A stretch of DNA of 64,000 nucleotides, taken from assembly GCA_000004985.1 (NCBI GenBank), contig GG738853.1; one strand, given 5' to 3'. The notes beneath the pieces were generated by a model. It worked only from the letters and a program-made list of their open reading frames with translations, was not told the origin of the DNA and did not search any database. The stretch comes from Naegleria gruberi. Lineage: Eukaryota. Made by a program: the position numbers and the translations under genes. Positions 30,892-41,384 of this stretch are shown here, in pieces (position 1 is the first letter of the stretch; every line of letters starts with the position of its first letter).

Positions 30892-33087
30892 ATGGCCACC
30901 ACAACATCATCATTAACTTCTCTAATTCCTCCTCCAATATTATCATCCTCTCAACAACAACAAACACAATTGACGGATGTACCTCCATCATCGCAGAGTA
31001 CAACACAATTACCACCCGATGATGATTTGGATGCTTTGGACGAATTTGATGAATTGATGGCTTTCGTCAATGCTCCTATGGATACAAATTCTGAACAATG
31101 GCGTTTATTGAATCAAAATTCAAATGTTCCACCAGTGACAACAACAACTTCCTCTATTCCTCCTAATGATACAACAGTAAACAGTAGTGCTACTACATCA
31201 AATGTAACTGCACCAACTACTGAAAAGAAGAAAAAGACTACAAAAAAGAAGAAGGATGAAAAGGAAACCACCACTAAAAAGAAGGAAACAAAGAAGAAGA
31301 AGGATGATAAAAAAGAGGACAAGAAGGAAGATAAAAAGGAAGAAAAGAAAGAAGAAAAGGAAAAGAAGAAGAAAAAGAAGAAGGAGGAGCCATCTACTCC
31401 AAAGGATACTGTCAAACAAGAAGAGCCTGCTGTTTCCACACCAAAAGATCCCAATCTTAAGAAACCTGATATTTCATATTCTACAATGATTGCTCATGCA
31501 CTCATGTCAGCAGCTAATAACATGATGCCTCTCAAATCAATTTATTCTTGGATTTCCACAACTTATCCATTCTACGATCTTGCAGAGACTGGTTGGAAGA
31601 GTAGTGTGAGACATAATTTGAGCACAAATTCTAAATATTTCCGAAGAGTATCACCTGAAGAATGGAGACAATTAACTGGAGAAGAGAAAAAGTCAAAATC
31701 TAAAAAACAAGGCTCCTCAGATAAGAAGATGGCATTCTCTGTCTATGCACTTGTGACTGAGCATTGTGATGAAGTTTTGGGAACAAAGAAAGCCAAATCA
31801 GACAAGAAGGCATCCTCTTCTACTTCTTCTTTAACAACGCTTAGTAATGCTACTACAGCACCAGTTAGTTCATCATCTACATTACCTGCCAATAGTACTC
31901 TTTCTTCTTCTACTAATGCAACCACTGACCAAACAGCAATAACCTCAGAAGTGAAAGAAGTTAAGGAAAAAGAAACCAAGAAGAAGAAATCATCCACCAG
32001 TAGTGCAACAAAGAAGAGAAGTAGAAAAAAGTCCGAATCTACAGACTTGGATTTAAATGATGGCTTGTTGAACTTTGATGAAATTGCACCATCAATGAGT
32101 TTGGATAAACCAGAAAAGAAAAAGAAGAAGAAGACTTCTAAAAAATCAGAAACTCCTACAGCTAGTACAACTCCAGCTGCTGAATCTTCAACACCTGTGA
32201 CTCAAACCAATAACAACAATAATACCAATGTAACTACTCCCCAATTGTCACATTCCAGTTCCAATCAAAACTTCCAACACAGTACTCCAACTAATCAAAT
32301 TTCTATCACCCAAAATATTATGCCAAATACATCTCAACCATTGGCTCCAAAACAACCATTCCCTTTGTCAAATCAAATTCCTAATCAAATTCCACCAAAC
32401 CAAATGCCAAATCAAATGCCAAACCAAATGCCAAATCAGATGCCAAATCAAATACCTAATCAAATCCCTCGTCAAAGTACTAATAACTTGTTGGAAATGT
32501 TTGTTCAGAATGGAATGCTAAATGCCCAAGAACCTTCTTTTCTTAAAATTTTATTGGATGGAAATGGAGATTCATCAGCCAACAATCCATTATCAGCGCT
32601 CATGGGTCAAGGAGGTCAGAATATGAATCCAAACCAAGGACTCAATACAGCACCACTTGGTAATATGGTTGATTCACAGGGAAAGCAAATTGACCTTATT
32701 AATTTACTTTCAATGGTAACTGGAATGCCTCAACAACAAAACATGTCTCAATCTGGTATGTCTCAACCACCAATGCACCAAAACTTTTTAGATCCAAATA
32801 ACAGACTTGTTACACAAGGAAGACCTCCTAATTGGCCACCTGGTGCAGGCTTACCAAATCAACTTCAAGGAGGAAGGCCTTCTATGGGATCAGTTGTTGG
32901 TATGCAAAATCCTGGTCAATTCCCTGTACAAAATCCAAATATGAATCCATTAGGTCATCCAGGATTTAATCAATTCCCATTTCCCATGATGAACTACTCT
33001 CAAACACTTCTCAACTTTGATCCATCATCAATACTGCAGCAACAAGGTAATGGTGGTATTCCTCCCAATAATAACAATAATAAATAG
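30892..33087 (+). CDS. Forkhead (winged-helix) DNA-binding domain protein. This is the likely 3' portion of the same FHA-forkhead gene.
   Basis: Forkhead box at about nt 31462-31640: KPDISYSTMIAHALMSAANNMMPLKSIYSWISTTYPFYDLAETGWKSSVRHNLSTNSKYFRRV. It carries the invariant features KP..SY..LI..AI, F.YY, GW.NS[IV]RHNLS. The flanks are a K/E-rich block and Q/N/P-rich tandem repeats (NQMP)n. The reading frame is open upstream to nt 30790, overlapping the end of the FHA ORF. Confidence 0.7.
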   Translation: MATTTSSLTSLIPPPILSSSQQQQTQLTDVPPSSQSTTQLPPDDDLDALDEFDELMAFVNAPMDTNSEQWRLLNQNSNVPPVTTTTSSIPPNDTTVNSSATTSNVTAPTTEKKKKTTKKKKDEKETTTKKKETKKKKDDKKEDKKEDKKEEKKEEKEKKKKKKKEEPSTPKDTVKQEEPAVSTPKDPNLKKPDISYSTMIAHALMSAANNMMPLKSIYSWISTTYPFYDLAETGWKSSVRHNLSTNSKYFRRVSPEEWRQLTGEEKKSKSKKQGSSDKKMAFSVYALVTEHCDEVLGTKKAKSDKKASSSTSSLTTLSNATTAPVSSSSTLPANSTLSSSTNATTDQTAITSEVKEVKEKETKKKKSSTSSATKKRSRKKSESTDLDLNDGLLNFDEIAPSMSLDKPEKKKKKKTSKKSETPTASTTPAAESSTPVTQTNNNNNTNVTTPQLSHSSSNQNFQHSTPTNQISITQNIMPNTSQPLAPKQPFPLSNQIPNQIPPNQMPNQMPNQMPNQMPNQIPNQIPRQSTNNLLEMFVQNGMLNAQEPSFLKILLDGNGDSSANNPLSALMGQGGQNMNPNQGLNTAPLGNMVDSQGKQIDLINLLSMVTGMPQQQNMSQSGMSQPPMHQNFLDPNNRLVTQGRPPNWPPGAGLPNQLQGGRPSMGSVVGMQNPGQFPVQNPNMNPLGHPGFNQFPFPMMNYSQTLLNFDPSSILQQQGNGGIPPNNNNNK

Positions 33088-33280
33088 TATGCCACTATTT
33101 TGACTTCCACTTGAAAATCAAAGATGTAGATTTGCAATTTGATTTTGGAATCAAATTAGAAGTAACAAAGAACACAACGTGCTTTTCAATCTTTTTTAAT
33201 TTTTAAAAATTAATTAAAAAATTGCTCCAACAACAAATCTTCGTCGCTACTAGCCTACTTTTAGTGTTTTGAATATTAAA

Positions 33281-34430
33281 ATGAGCAACAATAGCAACAA
33301 TAATTCAGATGATGCTTCAATCAGGAAGCAACTGTGGGAAGGTTCAATACCAAGTGTAATCAACATTAAATCTGAACACATAACGTCTTTTCAACAGCCT
33401 TTCCCATATTTTGTAAGTGTTTTCATTCCGATCATTAATTGTTTGGGGCAATAATTATCTAGACAATGATTCCTAGACATTCATATTTATCTTTACTGAT
33501 CGATAAAGTCAAATCGCATTATTCTGAATTTTCAGGATTTGATAGTGATCAATTATGGTTTAGTTTCAATACTATTGCTATGCAATGGCACGTACCAGCT
33601 GGAGTTTTATATGATTTGATGTATATCTTGGATCCGAATAGTATGTATTTGATTGGAAATAATAATAACAATAATTATATAACTAATAATTTGATGATGG
33701 TGAAATTATAATATTTAAATAATATAACAACAATGATATGTTGTGCATTTACTAAATGTTGATTGATCAAATTATATTAATATAATTTTAATAATATTTA
33801 ACAAAACATGAAAACTAAATAGCACTTAAATTACCTTGGTCATTAACAGCAAATTTTGGAGCTTTTCCAGCAGATACTGTCATTCGTTGTAGTAATGAAG
33901 AGGATGCTCAGTGGAATTATCTCAACAATATTAAAGAGTGCATGTATATTCGTTTCAACTCTACATCAGCCATGATGACTTTTAGTAATGAGGATCAAAA
34001 GGAATTATGGTCAGCTGTAAAGAGTCAAAACGAACAAGTATTTTGCAAACTTTTCGAAAAGATTAAACTTGGAGCTAAAATTGCTTCCATTGATGATATG
34101 GTTTATGCCATTAGAATTTACACACCACTCAAAAAGGATTCTAATAGCTCTGTAAATTTAACAGATGATTCAAAGAAGAAGGATGTATTAAAATATAAGA
34201 AGAATATGATATGTTTAAAGAGAGACCAAGCTAAACAACTTGATTTACAAACATTCTTAAACAATCATGTTATTCCTCAATTAACCAAAGGTGGATATTT
34301 TGGAGATTGTGAAACCAAGATTGACCGAGTTGTCATTCAAGGTGTCGAACCTTCCAAGGAAACTGAAATGTTATGGCTCTTTGAAAATTGTGCTCATCCA
34401 GATGGTTTCTTATACATGTGTTGTAAATAA
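33281..34430 (+). CDS. atg5: Autophagy protein 5 (ATG5)
   Basis: Exons 33281..33412, 33463..33640 and 33850..34430. Intron 1 is GTAAGT...CTAG, 50 nt. Intron 2 is GTATGT...AACAG, 209 nt and AT-rich; its acceptor is the only one that fits the phase. The product reads MSNNSNNNSDDASIRKQLWEGSIPSVINIKSEHITSFQQPFPYF|TMIPRHSYLSLLIDKVKSHY...QLWFSFNTIAMQWHVPAGVLYDL...|TNFGAFPADTVIRC...ELWSAV...VVIQGVEPSKETEMLWL...FLYMCCK. These parallel the conserved ATG5 blocks (VWFGRIP, PRVSYLTLVTDKVKKHF, EIWFEY..LKWHYPIGLLFDL, IHGIEP). Confidence 0.8.
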
Positions 34431-34751
34431 AAATGTAACAATTATTTTGTAAAAACTATTTTCCATATACAGCAACATACCCAAATATTTAATTTCAAAA
34501 ATTTCTAAAATTTAAAATGATAAGCAAAATCCAAAGGTCGCTCCTTTAGATCATCATTACAACCCAATTTTTGAGTCAAAAATTATATCACACCTTTGCA
34601 TCTTTGCATCTTTCTAATTGAAAAAAACAATCCAACCACCACCGACACAGTTGTGTGTGAACCATTCATCATTTTAGCATTATCTGGACATCGAATTGAT
34701 AACTTTCAATTTTCATCATCCACAGTTTTACAACAATAAGAAGAAAAAAAA

Positions 34752-37073
34752 ATGTCAACATCCTTGTTATTGTTGGTGGATCAATTGACAACATTTTACG
34801 GAAAGAAACTTTTAAACGATCATTATGCTCTCACCTATTTAGATAATAATTACTATTCATTGGCTTTCATTGGAGTCATGTTATGTTTGGTGTGGGGAGT
34901 TTTAATTACTGCGCCAATTCATATCATTTCTTGGGTTTTGTATTTTGTGGGTGCTAGGAAATCATCATCATTAAATTCATCATCTTTTGGAATTGATGAT
35001 GATGATGAGGAGGATGTTGTTGGAAGTTCTGGTTTTGGTGGTCAGAAACAACCTTCCCTAAAGAAACAAATTGAAAAGAGTAGAAAATTCGGAAAGGTTT
35101 TTAATGTCTTGACAAGTGTTTCATCATTTGTTTGGTGTTTGTTTGCTTCTTACTTTTTGGTGCTTGTTTCTACATTTTCTAGAGCTCATTATATTTTGAC
35201 AGCTTTGGTGATTACTATTATGTGGTCTGTTTGGTTGATTAATAGTTTTGTTTTGGATTTAAAGTGGATTATTGTTATGATTTATTATAGACTTGTCAAG
35301 AAGGTTGATTTGACAAGTGTCAGCACATCATCTAGTCAAATGATTCAAGAATCACAAGAATTGGCTGATGATGGTGAAGCACTTTTGGAAGATAACTCTT
35401 CTGGTTTACAAAGAAGACCACAATCTTCATCAAAATTAGATCCAAAGAAAGCAGTTACTGTTACTCGTTCCTTGCTTTTGGATTCATCAAAACCATACAT
35501 TTCTAGAAAGCCAATTCTTGCTGTCATTTTGATTGTTATTGCTACTACAATTATTCTCATTGTTTCTGTCATGACAACTTTCATCTTTGCTGATATTTGT
35601 ATTGCCTATGATCCTATTGAAATTTCTACACATTTCACTCGTACTGTCTTGTCAAATGGCAAGTGTGAAAGAGATACTGTCTGTTATTCTTATTTGACAG
35701 TTCCAGAAAAGATGGATCATCAAATGATTGTCAATTTCCAACTCTATACTTATGAATTCTATAAGGGCTTTGTTGAATATAAGAGATTCGATCCAGCTGA
35801 TGAAGATTTTGATCCAAAAGATGTTGAATTCAATGAATATCATCAAGCCAGTTGCTTTAAATTGGATAATATTGAAGAAGAAAGCAGATATCAATGTTTT
35901 GCTGAATTGACTGATTTGAAACCTGGTTCTTCTTATATTCTTCGTGCTGGTTATTCTGCATCTGAAAGTACTGATGCTCATGATTTCCACTACGATAATG
36001 AATATCTCAAATTTAGAACAATTCCATCAGAGGATGATTCCTCCAAGATTGTTTCATTCATTAATGGAGGTGATTTGGCATGGAGAGGACCAACCTATGC
36101 TCTCTCCAAAGCTGTCAATACTTTGGGATATGGAAATGTAGATAATGCTCCATATTTCGCTATTGTTGGTGGTGATATTGCCTATGAAAATGGATGTGCC
36201 TACTGTTATAGAAGATGGGACGATTGGTTCTTGAATTGGAATAAGTTTATGAAGACAACTGTTCAATACGATTCTGATAATTCTACCATTCATCAATATA
36301 CACTTCCAATTTTGACAACTGTTGGTAATCATGAAGGTGGTAATTTCAAGAGACCTAGATCAGATGATGCATTCTATATTAGATTATTCCCAATGTCAAT
36401 TAGTGGAGCAACTGAAAAGATTGTTTCTGATCCACAAACTACAAGAAAATTGCAACACGTCCACTATCTCTCCAAGCATACCATGATTGTTGCATTGGAC
36501 AGTTGGGTTCACGAATCTCCACAAGACCAAATTGAATACTTGACCAATCTCTTTGAAAAATCAGTCACTGCAGGAACCTACAAGAATCGTTTCATTATTA
36601 TTCACCATCCAATGTATACTTCAGGTAGTGTTGGAGACATTGATAAGGAAATGATTGCCAAATGGGAATCCCTCTTCCAAAAGTATGGTATTACAGCAGT
36701 TTTTGAAAATCACGTTCATACCTACAAGCAAACTTATCCAATTCGTGATGGTAAGGTTGTAACAAAGACCAGTGAACAAACTGATTCAACATCTGTTGCA
36801 TTCAGTTACAAGAGAGAATCTGCTGACAATAGCAAGGACGGAATTATGTATTTCGGAGATGGAAGTTGGGGAGTTACCTATTGGAATGCTTCCTTGAGAA
36901 AGAGCAGTGGACTCTTCAGACAAATTGGAGTTTTGAGTCATGTCTATCATGTCAAATGTAGATCATTATCGAATGCTATTTCATTCACTGAATTGTATGC
37001 TCTTGGATATAATTCTACAACTGGAGCTGTTTCTGAATTTGGTAAATCTCGTGTCAGAATTGAAGTTCACTAA
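34752..37073 (+). CDS. Membrane-anchored purple-acid-phosphatase-like metallophosphoesterase
   Basis: ATG at 34752. Several N-terminal hydrophobic helices (nt ~34830-35620). An FN3-like segment follows (QCFAELTDLKPGSSYILRAGYSA). Then the calcineurin-like motif set: INGGDLAW, GGDIAYENG (GDxxY), TTVGNHEGG (GNHE), IIIHHPMYTS and FENHVHTYKQ (GHxH). 773 aa, single exon. Confidence 0.7.
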   Translation: MSTSLLLLVDQLTTFYGKKLLNDHYALTYLDNNYYSLAFIGVMLCLVWGVLITAPIHIISWVLYFVGARKSSSLNSSSFGIDDDDEEDVVGSSGFGGQKQPSLKKQIEKSRKFGKVFNVLTSVSSFVWCLFASYFLVLVSTFSRAHYILTALVITIMWSVWLINSFVLDLKWIIVMIYYRLVKKVDLTSVSTSSSQMIQESQELADDGEALLEDNSSGLQRRPQSSSKLDPKKAVTVTRSLLLDSSKPYISRKPILAVILIVIATTIILIVSVMTTFIFADICIAYDPIEISTHFTRTVLSNGKCERDTVCYSYLTVPEKMDHQMIVNFQLYTYEFYKGFVEYKRFDPADEDFDPKDVEFNEYHQASCFKLDNIEEESRYQCFAELTDLKPGSSYILRAGYSASESTDAHDFHYDNEYLKFRTIPSEDDSSKIVSFINGGDLAWRGPTYALSKAVNTLGYGNVDNAPYFAIVGGDIAYENGCAYCYRRWDDWFLNWNKFMKTTVQYDSDNSTIHQYTLPILTTVGNHEGGNFKRPRSDDAFYIRLFPMSISGATEKIVSDPQTTRKLQHVHYLSKHTMIVALDSWVHESPQDQIEYLTNLFEKSVTAGTYKNRFIIIHHPMYTSGSVGDIDKEMIAKWESLFQKYGITAVFENHVHTYKQTYPIRDGKVVTKTSEQTDSTSVAFSYKRESADNSKDGIMYFGDGSWGVTYWNASLRKSSGLFRQIGVLSHVYHVKCRSLSNAISFTELYALGYNSTTGAVSEFGKSRVRIEVH

Positions 37074-37290
37074 ACATAATCTGAATTGTACATATTATTT
37101 AATTATACAATTATTATTAATTAATACAATTAATACACACATTATTTATTAGAATTGTTTCACATTGGATATTTTTGTAAATTGGATAAATTTGGTAATT
37201 GGAAAATTTTTAATTTTTGGAAAATTACTCGATTAAATAATTCACTCTGGAAGAATCTGATTCGTTTCCATCTCTTTCCAATATTAAAAA

Positions 37291-37776
37291 ATGTTATCAA
37301 GATCTTCATTAATCCATCAAATTAAACCTTTCAACAAGTTTCGTTTCTTCTCTTTGAAACTAAATCAAACTCTTCAACAAGACGAAGTTGATTCTCCACT
37401 CAAAAAACCAGGTTCAACTAATGCTAGACCTGCTGGGGATGCTCTCAAATATGGAAATGTTCATACCTTCTCAGATACGAATGATAAACCGAATCCTCCC
37501 GAAAACAAAGCAGATCCAAAAATTTCATTCTTTCATGTGGATGGAAAGGAGAAAACTCGAGATCAAGTTAAGGCTCAACAAGTAAACGAGTTTCCATTCG
37601 AAAAAGAACATCTTTCTGTGAATCCTTTCGAAGAAGAAAGAAAACTAATTCATGAAATTGAAGAAGGAGCAGATGAAGGCGTTATTGAGGGAAAGACAAA
37701 AGGAGAAAAGCAAACTCTTGGACAACACTTGGAACAGAAAGGTTATCATCCAAAAGATTCACCTTGGGCTGAATAA
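37291..37776 (+). CDS. Hypothetical small protein (161 aa) with an N-terminal presequence-like region
   Basis: ATG ORF MLSRSSLIHQIKPFNKFRFFSLKLNQTL. The rest is charged, with an E/K-rich C-terminus. No domain recognised. Confidence 0.35.
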   Translation: MLSRSSLIHQIKPFNKFRFFSLKLNQTLQQDEVDSPLKKPGSTNARPAGDALKYGNVHTFSDTNDKPNPPENKADPKISFFHVDGKEKTRDQVKAQQVNEFPFEKEHLSVNPFEEERKLIHEIEEGADEGVIEGKTKGEKQTLGQHLEQKGYHPKDSPWAE

Positions 37777-37826
37777 ACTTGCACACCTTCGTCTACATTC
37801 TCAATAACATTATTTTACTTTCTTCT

Positions 37827-38765
37827 TTACAAAATTGAATAAATAATCAAAATACAAATCAACAATCCATAACTCAACACTCCAATCGATTCAACTCCAC
37901 TAGTAGCTGGCATTTTCTTTGTAAAAATCGAAACTGGCAATGGATCACCAAAAACTTTCATATAACAATTCACACATTCCTTATGATCATTCATCCAACT
38001 GTACACATCAATAGCATCGAATAGAATAGCATGTACTTGTTTAGTTTCTGCAAATGAAAACATTGCATTCATTGTAGAGCCAGGATATTTCTGGACTAAA
38101 GATAAACTGTTGTTCATGACTTGATCGAATAAAGTTCCTTTCCACCAAGCAACTTTGACATCTGCTCTGTTGAGTTGATCTAAAGTGGTAATTCCAGTTA
38201 TGGTTGTGTTATCGAGGTCAGTTCTCATGAATGTGAAATAGGTAGTTCCATAAGAGCATGTAGTAAACGAAACTTGTTCACTTCTGGCAGTTGACAAGGC
38301 AGTATCAGAAACTACAATATCACATGCACCAGAATTAATCCCACCCAACAAGGAAGGAAAATATCCACTGGTTGTATTAATCGAAAGATATTCGATTCCT
38401 AACGAAAGTGAATACTTCTTATTTAGATTAGCAACTAAACCCTTTGCAACCAATTTATAAACAGTCAACCACAAATTAGTTGAACTTGTTTGAAGCTCTG
38501 AACAAATCGTTAATTTCGTGATATTAGAAGGTAAAGGATTTTTCGTTGGATAATTTGCAGTTTCTTTACAATATGGAACGACGAAAGGAACACCCAATGA
38601 TGTAACTTGTTTCTGGAAGGTTGTATCTTGTGCTAATTCTGTCATGGCTGCGTCTACTGCGCTAGTCCAAGCAGCAGAAGCAACTGATGGGTCTGAAGTG
38701 ACAACTGTCAGGTGGCAGATAATACAAATGACAAGGAAAATGAGGGTTGATTTGAGTTCTGGCAT
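37827..38765 (-). CDS. Secreted solute-binding-protein family 3 (SBP_bac_3, iGluR ligand-binding-like) domain protein with a C-terminal hydrophobic (GPI-type) tail
   Basis: Probable start MPELKSTLIFLVICIICHLTVVTS, with the ATG at 38765. The track ORF begins further upstream. GACDIVVSDTALSTARSEQVSFTTCSYGTTYF matches the SBP_bac_3 signature (G.aDia.agltiT.eR...vdFs.pY). C-terminal tail GVLSYGLLICILIIYSIL. Confidence 0.55.
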   Translation of the reverse strand: MPELKSTLIFLVICIICHLTVVTSDPSVASAAWTSAVDAAMTELAQDTTFQKQVTSLGVPFVVPYCKETANYPTKNPLPSNITKLTICSELQTSSTNLWLTVYKLVAKGLVANLNKKYSLSLGIEYLSINTTSGYFPSLLGGINSGACDIVVSDTALSTARSEQVSFTTCSYGTTYFTFMRTDLDNTTITGITTLDQLNRADVKVAWWKGTLFDQVMNNSLSLVQKYPGSTMNAMFSFAETKQVHAILFDAIDVYSWMNDHKECVNCYMKVFGDPLPVSIFTKKMPATSGVESIGVLSYGLLICILIIYSIL

Positions 38766-39450
38766 TTTTTTTTGTATGGTGTTTATTTTTGGTGATACCA
38801 TGAAGTGAATTATTTCAACTCTATTCATCCCTGTCAAACATCAAAATTTAGAAATAGAAAAGCAGGTCTATCAATGGTACTGATTAACAAACACAATTAC
38901 CAATATCTTTCCATATTTTATACAAATCTCTTGTCCTTTCCTTGAAATCTGAAATAAGAATGTGTTATTGTGGGTCGAGTGGCCTTTGTTCGTTTATTCG
39001 AAACTTACCTATACCTGCATTTCAAGAACTGTCTTTCCACTAATGTCAAGATGCAATCTCTCTTGATTGTGTTAAGTCTATTGTATATCGAAGAGATCAA
39101 CAGTTTCTAATAATTTCAATTAGGAAATAAGGATAATAGCTGCCATGAAATTCTAATTATTCTAAATGCACTATTAGCATGAAATATACGGCGAAATCTT
39201 TTTGTCATCATTCAATTTAAGTGAGAACTCATTCGAGTTTACAAACTTTTACAACTTTGTTTTTTACAATTTTCTTGTTGATGAAAAAAGAAAAACCAAA
39301 ACTTTATTTCAATATCATTGTGAGTTTGAATTTTGAATGAAACTCTGGAAACTCTATAATATCTTTCAAGCCAAAACACATAATAATGAACAACTTTAGA
39401 TAATAATAAATATGTGGTGTGATAATTTTATATTAATACACACGCACATA

Positions 39451-40995
39451 TTAAACTTGCATGATGGGAGGAGTAGACGAATCTTCCATTGTTGATTTTA
39501 ATTCTTTTGAATCCAAATTCGAATCAGAAACATTCAATTCAGAAATTTGATTTTCCAATTCCTTAATTGCATTAGTTTGTTCCTTCATACAGCTTTCTAA
39601 TTGCAAGAGTTGATGCTTTGATTGAGTTAATTCATTGATTAGTCTAGTTTCCTTCTCAACATAAACTTTCTGAAATTCGAATTGTTCCAAATCCAATATG
39701 TTTTTCAATTCTTCCACTTGTTTTCTGTATTGTTCCAACTCTAAATCCTGAACTAGCTCTTCTGTCTGAATGTCAATATTTTTTCTTGACACTTCTCTTG
39801 ATCGAATAAAATTCAATAAACCAAAGAAGAGTTTCTTCTGAATTCTAATAGTCTTGTTCAATTCTTCTTGTTTCACTCTAAATTCAACAGTATTTTGTTT
39901 CATCTTACTTTCCACATTCGAAACTAAATTTTGCATATCACTGTACATTTTCGTACTTTCTCTTTCCATTCTATTCTTCAAATCTTCCTTCTCATCCATC
40001 AATTCTTTAATCTTTTCGTTTAATTCGTCCACTTTCTCGTTATACTTTTTAAGGAAGGCATCACGACACTTAATTTGTACAGATGCGCATTTCTCTTCGA
40101 ATTCCTTCATGCACAATTCTATTTTTTCAGTCTTTTCTTGATCCATCTTTTCGTAATGTTTCTTCATCATTCGTTCTCTTTCTTTAAACTCCCTTCTTGT
40201 GTTGGCATACTTGTGCATGATATCTTCTACTTGACGTTTCACATAGTCCATTCTCACATAGACAATTCCACCTACTACCATTGTATATTTCGAATCATCC
40301 CATTGTTGTGTATTTGCCTCTAATTGACTAGTTGGTGATGGAATTAATTGTTGTGAATCTTGAACTGTTGCAAGGAATGAACTAATTTTGGAGGTGGATG
40401 ATAATGGAGAAATACCTGCAAACAATGGAGAACTGGTAGTAGTAGGTGTGCTTGGAGTGGAAATATTAATTAAAGGTGATTGAATACTAATAGTTTCAGT
40501 ATTATTATTATTCCTTTCTGGTGAATTTTGTGGAGAAATTGGAGGTGAAATTGATATGGAAGTGGAAGGAGTGGATGGATCATTGATAGTAGGAAGAATG
40601 GAGAGAGTTGGAATTGGAATAGTAGTAGTAGCAGAGGTATTAGTAGCAGAAGCAGCAGAAATTGAAGTTGGTGGAGCATAAACTAGAGCAGAAGCTGATT
40701 GTACTTTTTGCAATCTTCTTCTCCTCATGGATAAACTCGAGACTTTTTCTCTCATTTGGTCCATGCTCATGGCACTCAATGTTCTACCACGAGGTGATGT
40801 TGTTGTTTGTTGATTCTCATCACCACATGTTGATGAATTTGAGAGTGAGGATGGTGAAGGTGGAAGGAGTAAGGATGTTGAACGTGTTGGTGCATATTCC
40901 TTAACAGAGAGATGAGGATCCGAACTCGATTCGAAGGAAGCAATGGTGGACGAGGTATTCTGATCGTGAGAGAGCAATGCTTCAAGTTTGTTCAT
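39451..40995 (-). CDS. Coiled-coil protein with a Ser/Thr/Pro-rich N-terminal half
   Basis: ATG at 40995, 514 codons. The C-terminal ~250 aa are heptad-rich E/K/L sequence (ELNEKIKELMDEKEDLKNRMERE...). No catalytic motif. Confidence 0.5.
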   Translation of the reverse strand: MNKLEALLSHDQNTSSTIASFESSSDPHLSVKEYAPTRSTSLLLPPSPSSLSNSSTCGDENQQTTTSPRGRTLSAMSMDQMREKVSSLSMRRRRLQKVQSASALVYAPPTSISAASATNTSATTTIPIPTLSILPTINDPSTPSTSISISPPISPQNSPERNNNNTETISIQSPLINISTPSTPTTTSSPLFAGISPLSSTSKISSFLATVQDSQQLIPSPTSQLEANTQQWDDSKYTMVVGGIVYVRMDYVKRQVEDIMHKYANTRREFKERERMMKKHYEKMDQEKTEKIELCMKEFEEKCASVQIKCRDAFLKKYNEKVDELNEKIKELMDEKEDLKNRMERESTKMYSDMQNLVSNVESKMKQNTVEFRVKQEELNKTIRIQKKLFFGLLNFIRSREVSRKNIDIQTEELVQDLELEQYRKQVEELKNILDLEQFEFQKVYVEKETRLINELTQSKHQLLQLESCMKEQTNAIKELENQISELNVSDSNLDSKELKSTMEDSSTPPIMQV

Positions 40996-41384
40996 ATTCT
41001 ATAATATATATCAACTATTATATGATGAGTGTGTATTACTACAATTTTTTGATGTTAGTGATGATATTAAGGCAGATGCAACAAGCCTAAGAATGGTCGA
41101 ATATGGATTGATGGTAATGATGATTGTTGAATCTCGTGAGTGGGGTTATGATGTTGAGGCTCTTTTTGATTAATCTCTTCGTTCCCATTTACAATACTTG
41201 AAGTGGCACTATTTTGTCCATAATTGGTTCATCTTCCAAATTGGTTTCAAGGAATAAATCTGAAAACATCAGTTGGGTTCAGTTAGAATAGAACCAAATT
41301 CCGTGGTTAATTTGAAGGATCTACAACATTACTCATACAGTTTTCCATATATTCCAAAATAATTCAAATTGGGTGGGGTAGTAG

